Shown piece by piece: positions 52,650 through 61,812 of a DNA stretch of 64,000 nt (positions are counted from its first letter, which is position 1; each line of letters opens with the position of its first letter). The DNA lies in NCBI GenBank assembly GCA_044070495.1, contig JBIPSI010000015.1:32001-96000 (forward strand), read 5' to 3'. The notes beneath the pieces are model-generated. The model worked only from the letters and a program-made list of their open reading frames with translations, was not told where the DNA came from and searched no databases. A program made the translations under genes and the position numbers. This stretch comes from Spirulina sp. Its GTDB lineage: Bacteria > Cyanobacteriota > Cyanobacteriia > Phormidesmidales > Phormidesmidaceae.

Positions 52650-52684
52650 AAAATAGCCGCCCATCCCGTGGAGAAATGAGCGGC
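52650..52684 (-). terminator. Putative terminator downstream of tRNA-Ser
   Basis: Minus-strand stem GCCGCTCAT / ATGGGCGGC followed by TATTTT. Confidence 0.5.
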
Positions 52685-52770
52685 CCCCAGATCTGAGGTT
52701 TGAGTAGGCGTTTTATACATTAGGGGCTTATCCGCACCCTATCTAAGCGGCCAAAAGCCTTGAACGTCAA

Positions 52771-52857
52771 CGGAGAGGGAGGGATTCGAACCCTCGTTAG
52801 GTTTGACCCTAAAACAGATTTCGAGTCTGCCGCATTCAACCACTCTGCCACCTCTCC
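52771..52857 (-). tRNA. tRNA-Ser (CGA)
   Basis: GGAGAGG acceptor stem, anticodon arm GCAGA-CTCGAAA-TCTGT, long variable arm, GGTTCGAATCC T-arm; CCA not encoded. Confidence 0.97.
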
Positions 52858-52985
52858 TGGTGGTGAGTGATATTTTACCCTCTGATTAGGTCTTTCCGGT
52901 GGAAATTCTGTGGGAAATTCCTATCAGAGGGCGTTGTACCCCCTGAACTTCTTGGTGTTGGCGACCTAGTTTCTATGGAGCCAGA

Positions 52986-53312
52986 TTAAAGGGCCAGCAG
53001 TTGATCGAGGGCGTCGAGGGCCTCGCAGGGAGGAGAAGAGGCCGAGGTGGTGGGCAGGCCACCGTAGACAGGGACGGTTTGGCCGTAGGTTGCTCTCCCC
53101 TCAGCCAGGGATCGTGGCGGCCAAGGGGACGGGCTAGGGCGACCATGGAGGTAGTCGTCGCAGTATTTGCGAAAGACGGCTTCCACAGCGGCACGGGCAT
53201 TTTTGAGACCCCACTCGGCGGCGATGCGCTCGGCTTTTTCCAGCACATCGGGGCTGAGTCGAACTTTGTTGTCGGCCCTAGTGGGGGCGGTTTCACGGAT
53301 AACGTTGGCCAT
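52986..53312 (-). CDS. Small ParR-like (ribbon-helix-helix-like) protein
   Basis: KVRLSPDVLEKAERIAAEWGLKNARAAVEAVFRKY strand-helix-helix pattern; starts 2 nt after the ParM-like stop. Confidence 0.65.
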   Translation of the reverse strand: MANVIRETAPTRADNKVRLSPDVLEKAERIAAEWGLKNARAAVEAVFRKYCDDYLHGRPSPSPWPPRSLAEGRATYGQTVPVYGGLPTTSASSPPCEALDALDQLLAL

Positions 53313-53314
53313 GG

Positions 53315-54373
53315 CTAGATCTCTCCGGCGGTGAGCAACAAGCCGCGCACGTTGGCAAATTGGGGGTCGCCCATGACGGCAAACAGGGGGTGGCCCTGGA
53401 GGCGGTCGGCAATTAGGTGGGAGCCGCCGCCGGTGACCAAAAAGCGGGTGACGCGGGGCATGTAGGGGGTGTATTGGGCCTTCACGGTTTGGAAAATGCC
53501 CTTAAACCAGGGGTCAAGGTATTCGTCAAGCCAGTCGGCCCAAGCAAGATCAGTGTCGGCGTAGGTGTGATCGACGCGGAAGCCATCCATGACAATGCAG
53601 GGGTCGGCGCTGCTGCCCAGGACATCGGTGAGGCGACGGTCGAAGCTGATGGCAACGGCCAGTTCGTAGGTGCCGCCCCGATCTAGGATGTTTTCGTCAA
53701 TCACTTCGCTGTCGGCATCCACCAATCGGGTGAGCCAAGTGCCGCCGCCAATGTCGATGACGATGGTGTAGCCGTGGTCGGGAATTTGGCCCTGAGCCTT
53801 GGCATAGTAGTAGGCTCCCATGCCTTCGCGCTCCACCGTCACGCTTTCGACGATGACGCGGAAGTCGAGGCCGTTGCGGTTAAATTCGTGCAGACCCAAC
53901 AGCTCGGTCTGAATTGCGTCCCCGTTGCGCAGGGGGTCGGGGGTGGAGGCCAGCAGGTTAAGGCCGTATTCTGTGACGCCTCCCGCCAGCGGTTCTAGGC
54001 AGGCGTAGAGGTGCAGGCGGGCCAGATCCACCTTGTTTTCGATCACCGTTTGCTGCTGCCGACGGTATTTATAGGACTGCGCTCCAAAGTGGTAGCGGCG
54101 GCCATCGGGCAGTTCAATCAACGGCGAAGCATCGGAATAGCTAACGGCATCGCGCCCCTGGGGCAGTTGGTAGCGCACGGATCGAATCGCCTTGGGATGA
54201 CGCTGGCCATTGCAGAATTTGAGGTCATAGTTGCCAGCATCCAGGGCCAGAATGGGCGTGGTGGCCAAGGGTTGGACGGTGCGGGTTTTGGTGGCCGCTT
54301 TTTTGGCGGTGGTTGTACGACCGCTGGCCGCAGCGGTGGTTGAAGAAACACTGGTGGAAACAGTGGTAGTCAT
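53315..54373 (-). CDS. ParM/StbA family actin-like ATPase
   Basis: LDAGNYDLK, EREGMGA, IDIGGGT, VTGGGSH, QFANVRG actin-fold motifs. Confidence 0.9.
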   Translation of the reverse strand: MTTTVSTSVSSTTAAASGRTTTAKKAATKTRTVQPLATTPILALDAGNYDLKFCNGQRHPKAIRSVRYQLPQGRDAVSYSDASPLIELPDGRRYHFGAQSYKYRRQQQTVIENKVDLARLHLYACLEPLAGGVTEYGLNLLASTPDPLRNGDAIQTELLGLHEFNRNGLDFRVIVESVTVEREGMGAYYYAKAQGQIPDHGYTIVIDIGGGTWLTRLVDADSEVIDENILDRGGTYELAVAISFDRRLTDVLGSSADPCIVMDGFRVDHTYADTDLAWADWLDEYLDPWFKGIFQTVKAQYTPYMPRVTRFLVTGGGSHLIADRLQGHPLFAVMGDPQFANVRGLLLTAGEI

Positions 54374-54420
54374 AGGGCTTGTGTTGTGGGACGACAGGGG
54401 GGACGGCTGTCCCCATAAGT

Positions 54421-54450
54421 ACACTTGAATTACTTTAGTTTACTTGTACT
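54421..54450. promoter_or_regulatory. Three imperfect ~10-bp direct repeats upstream of the parM-like gene
   Basis: ACACTTGAAT TACTTTAGTT TACTTGTACT. Confidence 0.4.
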
Positions 54451-54473
54451 ATTCTGGCAAGCCCTAAATCTTG

Positions 54474-56906
54474 CTAGGGTGGGCAGTGCCCACCCTGCGG
54501 GGTCTGGTGCTGATCTAGCCAGGTAGTGAGGGGAGGAATGACTGGACAGGGGCGGGCTGCTTGCAGGTTGTCGGGTTTGCTCCAGGTGAAGGGGGCTTGC
54601 TGGGCGGCGGAGAGCCACAGCAGCCGTTTGGCGCGGGTCATGGCGACGTAGAGGAGGCGGTATTCTTCGGCGGTTTTGAGGGCTTTGGCCTGATCCCAAG
54701 CGGCGAGGGTGTCGGGGATGGGGGCGTTGGTGTAGGTCGTAAGGCTGGGATCTGAGGGTGTTTGAGGGGTGCTGAATGGATTCGTGATTCCCTGATTCGT
54801 GTGGGTTTGATTTCCGTGGACAGGATCGATGTGGGATTGGTGGGCGTGGGCGCGGATTTGGGCGCGGGCCACTTCGGACAGTGAAAAGTCGCCCAGGAAC
54901 TTGGTTTGGGGCGGCACCCACAGTTCGCCGGGGATGGTTTTTTCGTGCAGAAAGGGCAGAAACACCACGTCCCAATCTAGCCCCTTGGCCTTGTGCATGG
55001 TGATGATCGTGACCTGGCCGGGGCGGGTGTAGATCGAGTCGGTGTCCTCGGTTTCCACCGCCGTGAAGCGCTCGGAGCCGACGATCTCTTGCAGGACTTC
55101 GATGGCGGCGGTGAGGGTATTGTTTTGGCTAATCTGCTGGCTGACGCGGGCCGCAAGCTTGTCGGCGGTGGCCAGTTCGCTTTGGTTGTAGCCCAGGGTT
55201 AGCCCCAAAAAGGGAAACAGGCTGTAGGGCGACAGTTCCAACCGGGCGCGGAGCAGGCCCGTACAGAAGCGGCGGGCGGTGCGGGCGGCGTCGGTATTGG
55301 GGGGCGTATCCAGGGGGCCGGGGTAGAGGAACTGCTCTGGGGCTTGGGCCAAGAGGTTGAGGTCTTGGGTGGGCACCCGCTGGCGATCCACCAGTACCCG
55401 CAGGGCTTCCTTGAGGGCATCGGGGGAATGGGGCCGATCAATAAACCGCATCAGGGCCAGCATGTCCTCCGGCACTTGGGTTTGCCGATCCTGGTCGCCC
55501 ACGTCGTAGATGGGCAATCCGAGGGCAGCCAAATCTACCCCTACCTCCTCCGCATCCCGCAACCGTTGGGCGACGTACTGCCCCTGGCGACCCTCCCGCA
55601 CCAAAATGGCAAAGCTGAGGTCAGGATTTTCGACAAATGCCTCCTGCACCCGCTGGGCAATCAGGCGCACGGAATCCTGGATGGTGGGCGGCGTGTGAAC
55701 TTCCAGGCCCGCACCGAGGGCTTCTGGGTTGGCGTTGGGTTGGGGGTCGTCTACGGGGACGGGGTGGATAGCCTGATCTCGAAAGGGCACGATATCACCT
55801 ATCACCTGGGTACGGTTGGCCCAATTCAGCAGACGGTTGGCGGCTTCCATAATCAGGGCGGTGCTGCGTCCCGCCTGATCCATGGTGACAAGGTGATCCT
55901 GGCGGCGGCAGATTTCACAAAACTGGTTAAAGAAAACCGGGTCGGCGGGGGTGAAGGTGGAGTTAATCGCCTGGTTGGGGTCGCCCACCCGCACTAGGTT
56001 CGGTTCGGCATCGGGATCGTCGGGGTTGCCCGCCAGCAGGGTCAGCAACCGAGTTTGCAGGGGCGAAGAATCCTGGGCCTCGTCCTCAAATACGGCAAAC
56101 ACGCGAGCCTGCCAAAAGCGCAGGGTAGTCGGATCCGCCAGGGTACGCAGGGCGGCGAGGATCATGTCGTCGTAGTCGATGAAGCTGCGCTCCTGCATCA
56201 GGGCTTGGTAGCGCTCGTAGAGTCCGGCGGCAATGGCAAGGATGTCGTAATCGACTTGGCCCTCGGTGTAACGATGGTCGAGGGATTGAGCCAATTCCAT
56301 CACCTGATCAGGCAGTAGGCCAGAACTCTTGGCCTCCCGAATCACCGTATCCGCCAAGCTGGGCAACACCTCCGTCCGCAACACCGACTGCCGCCGCAGA
56401 ATCTCGGTTTCCTCCCCATCCAACTGCGCCCCCTCCAGCAACCGTTGGTACAGGGCCGGATTCGCCCCAATCCACTGCTCCACGGCATGGCGAACCAGCC
56501 GATGATTTTGGGCCGGAGACACCAGGGTGAGGCTATCTAAACTGAGGTTAGATAGCTCTGGGTTGCGGGTAGCAATGGTGAGGGCCAGCCCGTGCAGAGT
56601 AGAGACCGTGAAACTGGTCTGGGGTAGCTTCAGGCGTTTCAAATGGCCGCGCACCTTGGCCTTGAGGTTCGCCGCTGCGGAACGGGTAAAGGTCACCAAC
56701 ACCAACTGGCGGTTCAAATGCAGTTGATAGCGGGCGATGGTCAACGCCGCCGCCGCCGCCATCCCCGTCGATTTGCCCGAACCGGGCACCGCCGACACCG
56801 CCAAACTGCCCCCCGCCCAGTCGGCCAGTTCCCGCTGCCCCTGGCGCAGGCTGGCGTAGATATCCTGGAGGATCGTCTCTCGGTCGGGGGCATCAGTACA
56901 CATCAT
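54474..56906 (-). CDS. UvrD/REP-like ATP-dependent helicase
   Basis: AVPGSGKS, TFTRSAA, DEAQD, VGDPNQAI, TMHKAKGLDWD, EEYRLLYVAMTRAK. Confidence 0.93.
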   Translation of the reverse strand: MMCTDAPDRETILQDIYASLRQGQRELADWAGGSLAVSAVPGSGKSTGMAAAAALTIARYQLHLNRQLVLVTFTRSAAANLKAKVRGHLKRLKLPQTSFTVSTLHGLALTIATRNPELSNLSLDSLTLVSPAQNHRLVRHAVEQWIGANPALYQRLLEGAQLDGEETEILRRQSVLRTEVLPSLADTVIREAKSSGLLPDQVMELAQSLDHRYTEGQVDYDILAIAAGLYERYQALMQERSFIDYDDMILAALRTLADPTTLRFWQARVFAVFEDEAQDSSPLQTRLLTLLAGNPDDPDAEPNLVRVGDPNQAINSTFTPADPVFFNQFCEICRRQDHLVTMDQAGRSTALIMEAANRLLNWANRTQVIGDIVPFRDQAIHPVPVDDPQPNANPEALGAGLEVHTPPTIQDSVRLIAQRVQEAFVENPDLSFAILVREGRQGQYVAQRLRDAEEVGVDLAALGLPIYDVGDQDRQTQVPEDMLALMRFIDRPHSPDALKEALRVLVDRQRVPTQDLNLLAQAPEQFLYPGPLDTPPNTDAARTARRFCTGLLRARLELSPYSLFPFLGLTLGYNQSELATADKLAARVSQQISQNNTLTAAIEVLQEIVGSERFTAVETEDTDSIYTRPGQVTIITMHKAKGLDWDVVFLPFLHEKTIPGELWVPPQTKFLGDFSLSEVARAQIRAHAHQSHIDPVHGNQTHTNQGITNPFSTPQTPSDPSLTTYTNAPIPDTLAAWDQAKALKTAEEYRLLYVAMTRAKRLLWLSAAQQAPFTWSKPDNLQAARPCPVIPPLTTWLDQHQTPQGGHCPP

Positions 56907-57180
56907 CGTGGGAGCCAAGATTTAACAACAAAATTGATTGCCCTTGTGACTCTGCATCATCACCCACAAACTCAAACAAAATTCTCAGCTTGTAATCAAT
57001 TGAAGCTGACCAGATTCCAGCTAAATCTCCTGTTAATTTATGGGTCTGCAAACTAGGATGAAAAGGGTCTTCAGCGAGTTGATTTAGTGTTCTTTCAATC
57101 GCAGGACGCAAATCCGGGTTACGTTTGACTAACCGCTTCAAGGCTCTCAACGATTTGGGAGTCCAGCCAATTTGCCTCAT
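56893..57180 (-). CDS. Type II TA toxin, RelE/YafQ-like mRNA interferase
   Basis: DPFHPSLQTHKLTG, LRILF, GSHDDVY. Confidence 0.88.
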   Translation of the reverse strand: MRQIGWTPKSLRALKRLVKRNPDLRPAIERTLNQLAEDPFHPSLQTHKLTGDLAGIWSASIDYKLRILFEFVGDDAESQGQSILLLNLGSHDDVY

Positions 57181-57395
57181 TTGTCTAACTCAGCCATGAA
57201 GTCAGCAACGGTGCCAAATGTTACTTGTCCCTGAGCATATTCCTGCCGAACTTCAGTAATCTCACTCATCAATACTTTTCGTCGTTGCTCGATGAGGCGC
57301 TTTTGAAGAAGTTCGAGTAGAGCTTCCTGATCATTCAATGACAAGGTTTCAATTGTTTCAATTGCCTTCTGAAAAGTAGAGGATTGTTCAGGCAT
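57177..57395 (-). CDS. Putative antitoxin
   Basis: 72-aa acidic-tailed protein overlapping the toxin start by 4 nt. Confidence 0.75.
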   Translation of the reverse strand: MPEQSSTFQKAIETIETLSLNDQEALLELLQKRLIEQRRKVLMSEITEVRQEYAQGQVTFGTVADFMAELDK

Positions 57396-57524
57396 AGTAG
57401 TACTCCAAAATGCGTTAAGTTAATTGCACTGTTCTTGATTGACAGCAGCTAGGGTTTTGACCCGAAGTTGGGCATCATTAAGGGTAGGAGCAAAATCTGT
57501 CATGGGGTTTCTCTCTGCATAGAA

Positions 57525-57758
57525 TCAACCAACCTCATCTAGCTCAGGAATATATTCAGCTTCGTAATTTTCAATTAAGACACCAATCACATCCATCATT
57601 GAAGCAAGGGGATGGGTCTCATCTTCACCGACCTGATCAATTAAACCATCTAGCAATTCAACTAACTGCTCATATTGTTGCTCGGTGTGCGGAACAAAAA
57701 CAGTCCTGGCAATTGAATTCCAGGCTCTAATTGTGTTGTCCAGATCGAGACTTAGCAT
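57525..57758 (-). CDS. HigA-like antitoxin N-terminal domain without HTH
   Basis: EQQYEQLVELLDGLID...HPLASMMDVIGVLIENYE; overlaps the higB stop. Confidence 0.7.
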   Translation of the reverse strand: MLSLDLDNTIRAWNSIARTVFVPHTEQQYEQLVELLDGLIDQVGEDETHPLASMMDVIGVLIENYEAEYIPELDEVG

Positions 57759-58045
57759 AATTTCTTCCACCTCTTTTCGTCATATTCTGCATGAGTCAAC
57801 ACAGCCCGAATGTAAACCTTTCTTCGATTGTAGTGAATTGCTGCAATGAGCCTAACCTGATTGCCTCCAATATTGAAAACTGTCAACTTTCCAACCTGAT
57901 CAGCCGATGGAAATAATTCACGTAACTCAACAAATGACGAAAACTTGTTCTGCTTAATAAGTCTGTACCATTGAGCTAGAGCGTTCTTGACCTCTGGATG
58001 AAGTTTGGCAAATTCGTTAAGCCGCCTACGAGTAATCACATGCAT
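57752..58045 (-). CDS. higB: HigB family toxin
   Basis: MHVIT, FPSADQVG, VFNIGGN.VRLI, LTHAEYD. Confidence 0.9.
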   Translation of the reverse strand: MHVITRRRLNEFAKLHPEVKNALAQWYRLIKQNKFSSFVELRELFPSADQVGKLTVFNIGGNQVRLIAAIHYNRRKVYIRAVLTHAEYDEKRWKKLC

Positions 58046-58117
58046 ATTAATTCGTCCATATTCACTTTGCCATCGGTTCTCCCCGCCACCTTCCTATTTC
58101 CTAGCTCCTGATACCTT

Positions 58118-59845
58118 TTATCCTTCTCCCAGCCGCAACACTTTGGGATGATAGGCATACAACGATTCTCGGTGGCCAACGCTGATGTAGGTGGTGCCTG
58201 TGTGCTGAAGGTGGTCGTAGAGCTGGGCTTCGTTGGCGAGGTCGAGGGCGCTGGTGGCTTCATCCAAAATGGCGAAGGCGGGCTGGTTCAGCAAAAGGCG
58301 GGCAAAGGTGAGCCGCTGTTGTTCCCCTAGAGACAGCACATCACCCCATTCTTCTACGGCTTCAAAGCCGCCAAAACGTTCGGCTAGGTCGGCCAGGTTA
58401 ACCTTCTCTAGGGCCGCTTGCAGGGTGGTGTCGTCCACATCGGGGCTGGCGTGGGGATAGAGGAGTTGATCCCGCAGGGAACCGAGGATCATGTAGGGCT
58501 TTTGGGGCAAAAACAGCACGTTATCTAAGTCTGGGCGCTGGATGGTGCCGCTGCCGGATTGCCACAGTCCCGCAATGGCCCGCAGGAGAGAACTTTTGCC
58601 GCAGCCGCTTGGCCCCACAATCAGCAATCCAGCTTGGGCGGGCACCTCTAGGGAGAGGTGTTGGATCAGGGTGCGCTGGTAGTTGGGGGTTTGTAGGGTG
58701 AGGTTTTCGAGGGCGATGCGGTTGCTGGGTTTTAGGGTGATGAGGGGTTTTTCGGAATGGGACGGATCTTGATGGGTGGATTCCGTTTCTGGCTCGGCCA
58801 ATGGCTCTGCCTCGACCCTCTGATCGGTGGCCAATTCTTCGTGATTGAGGGCTTCGGCAAAGCTGTATAAACGGTCGATGCCTGCGCCAAAGGAGGTCAG
58901 TTCTTGGAAACGGGCCACGATGATATTGAGGGAGAAAAACACCCGCACAAAGGCCCCCTGGGCTTCGGAGACTTTGCCTACTTCCAAATCTCCTGAAAAC
59001 ACCGCTGGCGCTACGACTATGGCAGGCAGCACAAAGGGGATAAACTCGTAGGCATTGGTGAGGGCGTTAAGATTGAGTTCCCAGATAATGAGGCGCTTGA
59101 AGTTCTCAAAGGCTTCTAAAAAGCGGTTATTCACCTGGCTAGCTTCCTGGGCTTCTCCTCGATAAAAGGCGATGGCCTCAGCATTTTCACGAATGCGAAC
59201 CAGGCTAAAACGAAAGTTTGCTTCCTTTTTAAGCTGCTGGAAATTTAGTCGTACTAAGGGTTGCCCGAAAATTAGCACCGTCACCAACGTACCCAGCAGG
59301 GCATAGAGCACCAAAAATCCGACTAAACTTTTAGAAATGCCCAACAGTACACCGCTGAAAGCAATTACTTGCAACACCGAACTCACCACCACCAGCAACA
59401 GGGCGAGGGATTGCTGGGTGAAGTTTTTGACGTCTTCGGCGATACGTTGGTCGGGGTTGTCAATGTCGGGTTGAAATTGCTGAATATTGTAAAAGGCGCG
59501 ATCTCGAAAATAATCTGCCACAAACCGTCCCGTCAGCCAGCGCCGCCACTCTAAGCCCAGCCGCTTTTGCAGATAGTCGTACCCGGCCAGCAGGGGCGCA
59601 TAGGCCACCAGCACCGCAATGAACACCCACACCGTTTCCCAAAAGCGGGCCTCATCCTGGGCAGAGAGGGCCGAAATTAGCACCCCCCGCTTGTTGTTGA
59701 GCACCACACTCAGTCCGGTGTAGCCCAGCAAGAAGACGGCGATCAGCAGCAGCAGCCCCCCCGCTTTCCACTTTTCTTCCCCCAGCCAGTAGGTTTTTGC
59801 AATCGTCCAAAACCGCCGAAAGCCCGTCAGGTTAAATCGTTCCAT
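58118..59845 (-). CDS. ABC transporter ATP-binding/permease (ABCD/YddA-like)
   Basis: DNPDQRIAED, EANFR...RENAEAIAFY, GPSGCGKSS, LSLGEQQR, DEATSALD, SVGH; RBS before ATG 59845. Confidence 0.93.
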   Translation of the reverse strand: MERFNLTGFRRFWTIAKTYWLGEEKWKAGGLLLLIAVFLLGYTGLSVVLNNKRGVLISALSAQDEARFWETVWVFIAVLVAYAPLLAGYDYLQKRLGLEWRRWLTGRFVADYFRDRAFYNIQQFQPDIDNPDQRIAEDVKNFTQQSLALLLVVVSSVLQVIAFSGVLLGISKSLVGFLVLYALLGTLVTVLIFGQPLVRLNFQQLKKEANFRFSLVRIRENAEAIAFYRGEAQEASQVNNRFLEAFENFKRLIIWELNLNALTNAYEFIPFVLPAIVVAPAVFSGDLEVGKVSEAQGAFVRVFFSLNIIVARFQELTSFGAGIDRLYSFAEALNHEELATDQRVEAEPLAEPETESTHQDPSHSEKPLITLKPSNRIALENLTLQTPNYQRTLIQHLSLEVPAQAGLLIVGPSGCGKSSLLRAIAGLWQSGSGTIQRPDLDNVLFLPQKPYMILGSLRDQLLYPHASPDVDDTTLQAALEKVNLADLAERFGGFEAVEEWGDVLSLGEQQRLTFARLLLNQPAFAILDEATSALDLANEAQLYDHLQHTGTTYISVGHRESLYAYHPKVLRLGEG

Positions 59846-60181
59846 CGGGTGGTCACCTCTCCTTAGGCCAGCAGCGTACTGGATTGATTGTACAAAGCGG
59901 CCCAGCCCTTCACCCAGAAGACTCTGGTGGACTGACAAAACTTGCGGGAACCCAGATTCGCCAAAGGGTCAGGAGACCTCCCCCTACATGAATCCAATAG
60001 GGTAGGGGCGCGGTTTCCGTGTCCGACGCAGGATCTCTTGTCAGTCCACCAGCAGAAAACCTGTCGCCGTCCCCCAAAATAGGGGGATCTAGCTCAGCCA
60101 GATCCCCCCTATGCACATCCGTCCCCGCGCCGATAGAAACGCCGTTTAGTTTGCCCGACGACGCGACTCAGCCGTGGATAG

Positions 60182-61447
60182 CTAGTCGAAGCGCTCGCGA
60201 GTTCGGATCTCGTCGAGTTGGTTAAAGATGCTGGTGATGCCCAGGATGGGATTGATAATGGCTGTAGCCGCTCCGCCCAAAAGGGTGAGGAAATCGGAGG
60301 TTTGGGTGAGGCCAGAGCGCGACACCACCACGATATCGTTCTCCCGCAGGGCCGGGTTGTTTTCGTCGCTGATGCCGGAGGCCAAATCGACCGAAATGGT
60401 GCGATTGGTAACCGTGCCATCGGCATTAAGCCGGATAAAGGCGACTTCGCCAGTCTGGGCACGGGGATCATCAAAGCCCCCCGCCGCCAAAATGGCCTGG
60501 TTTAGGGTCGCGTTGGGGCGAATGGTAACTCGGCCTGGGGCGCGTACCTCACCCACCACATCCACTTCCACCAGGTTGGGGGAGAAGTTGGCATCGGCCA
60601 GGGCTTGGGCTTCCTCAGGGTTGAGGGCCGATGCCGTGGGTACAACTACGGTATCCCCGTCCCGCAGCAGCAGGTTTTGGGCTTGGCTACCGTCCTCTAG
60701 GAGAGCAAAGAAGTCAATGGGAATGACTTGATCGGGGCCATTCAACTGGGGACGACGTACCTCAATATTGCGAATGTTGGCCAGTTGGGTAATGCCCCCT
60801 GCCGCTTGAATCGCCTGCACCACCGTACGCAGTTCGTTAGGGTTGGGCTGAATGCCGTCAGGGGCTTGCCCTGGGCCTGTGGTGTAGGCCCCCGGTCGCC
60901 GCACTTCACCCACCACCGCCACCCGCATGGGACGAGGGGTAAACAGGGTTAACGTCACCTCCGGCTCACGGATGAATTCGGAATAACGCTGCTCCACCGC
61001 CTGGGATGCCTCCGTCAGGTCTAATCCCCGCACAGATACCCGTCCAATCCAGGGCAGGTTGATGGTGCCGTCTACTAGGACGTTGTACAGGTTGTCGGAG
61101 ACGAGGCGGTTACCGCTTTGGTCGTTGGTTAACTCTGGCACATTAAAAATATCGAAGCGCACCACATCCCCTGGCCCCAGAACGTAGGCATCGTTATCGG
61201 CTTCGTTAATCAGAGCGGCATTGTTGGGCCAAGGCGATGGGGTGCCAAAGGCAGGATCCGTAGGGGAGAAGGGCTGGGAGTCTGCCGCTGAGTTGGCGGG
61301 GGAAAGGGGCTGGGAATCGGCGTTGGCAAAATCGGGAGACTCATGGGTTAGCCCCTGGGCCAACAGCGGCGTGGCATAGCTCGATAGCAGCCCCAGGGCA
61401 ATCAAAGAACTCAGTGCGGCACGATAGGTAGAAAACATAGCAACCAT
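60182..61447 (-). CDS. Polysaccharide export protein (Wza/SLBB family)
   Basis: YVLGPGD, DGTINLPWIG, VVGEVRRPG, repeated SLBB units. Confidence 0.92.
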   Translation of the reverse strand: MVAMFSTYRAALSSLIALGLLSSYATPLLAQGLTHESPDFANADSQPLSPANSAADSQPFSPTDPAFGTPSPWPNNAALINEADNDAYVLGPGDVVRFDIFNVPELTNDQSGNRLVSDNLYNVLVDGTINLPWIGRVSVRGLDLTEASQAVEQRYSEFIREPEVTLTLFTPRPMRVAVVGEVRRPGAYTTGPGQAPDGIQPNPNELRTVVQAIQAAGGITQLANIRNIEVRRPQLNGPDQVIPIDFFALLEDGSQAQNLLLRDGDTVVVPTASALNPEEAQALADANFSPNLVEVDVVGEVRAPGRVTIRPNATLNQAILAAGGFDDPRAQTGEVAFIRLNADGTVTNRTISVDLASGISDENNPALRENDIVVVSRSGLTQTSDFLTLLGGAATAIINPILGITSIFNQLDEIRTRERFD

Positions 61448-61812
61448 TTGAATAACGCTCTAAACACCACAAGTTAAGGACTAGAGACCGGTGCAGATCT
61501 AGCAAGCCTGTCTTAGTAAAACCCATTTGTTTTCTGGGGCAACCTCCCGGTCTAACGTCAACGTTGAATAGCTCTAGAATCAGCGTGGTCAGAGGCGGTG
61601 ACCATCGCCCCTGGGTTACCGATTTGCACCGCCCCAGGCTCCCTGAAACCCGACCAACTCCGCCAAGGTGCCCAATCCCCTGGCAATGGAGGTTACGCCT
61701 TGGTCAAACAAGCTTTGCCCAGGGGCCATTTGAGGGGGTCTGTCACCACGCCGATACCGAGGCCTAAGAACGCATCTCGAAGCATCCTAGGCGATTTTGG
61801 CCGAGAAATCAC

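Noticed and set aside
39206..52857. tRNA-Ser-integrated genomic island
   Set aside because: The cassette lies at the tRNA 3' side, but I found no integrase and no duplicated tRNA 3' end; GGGGAGGGATCTCCCC at ~39191 is just a hairpin
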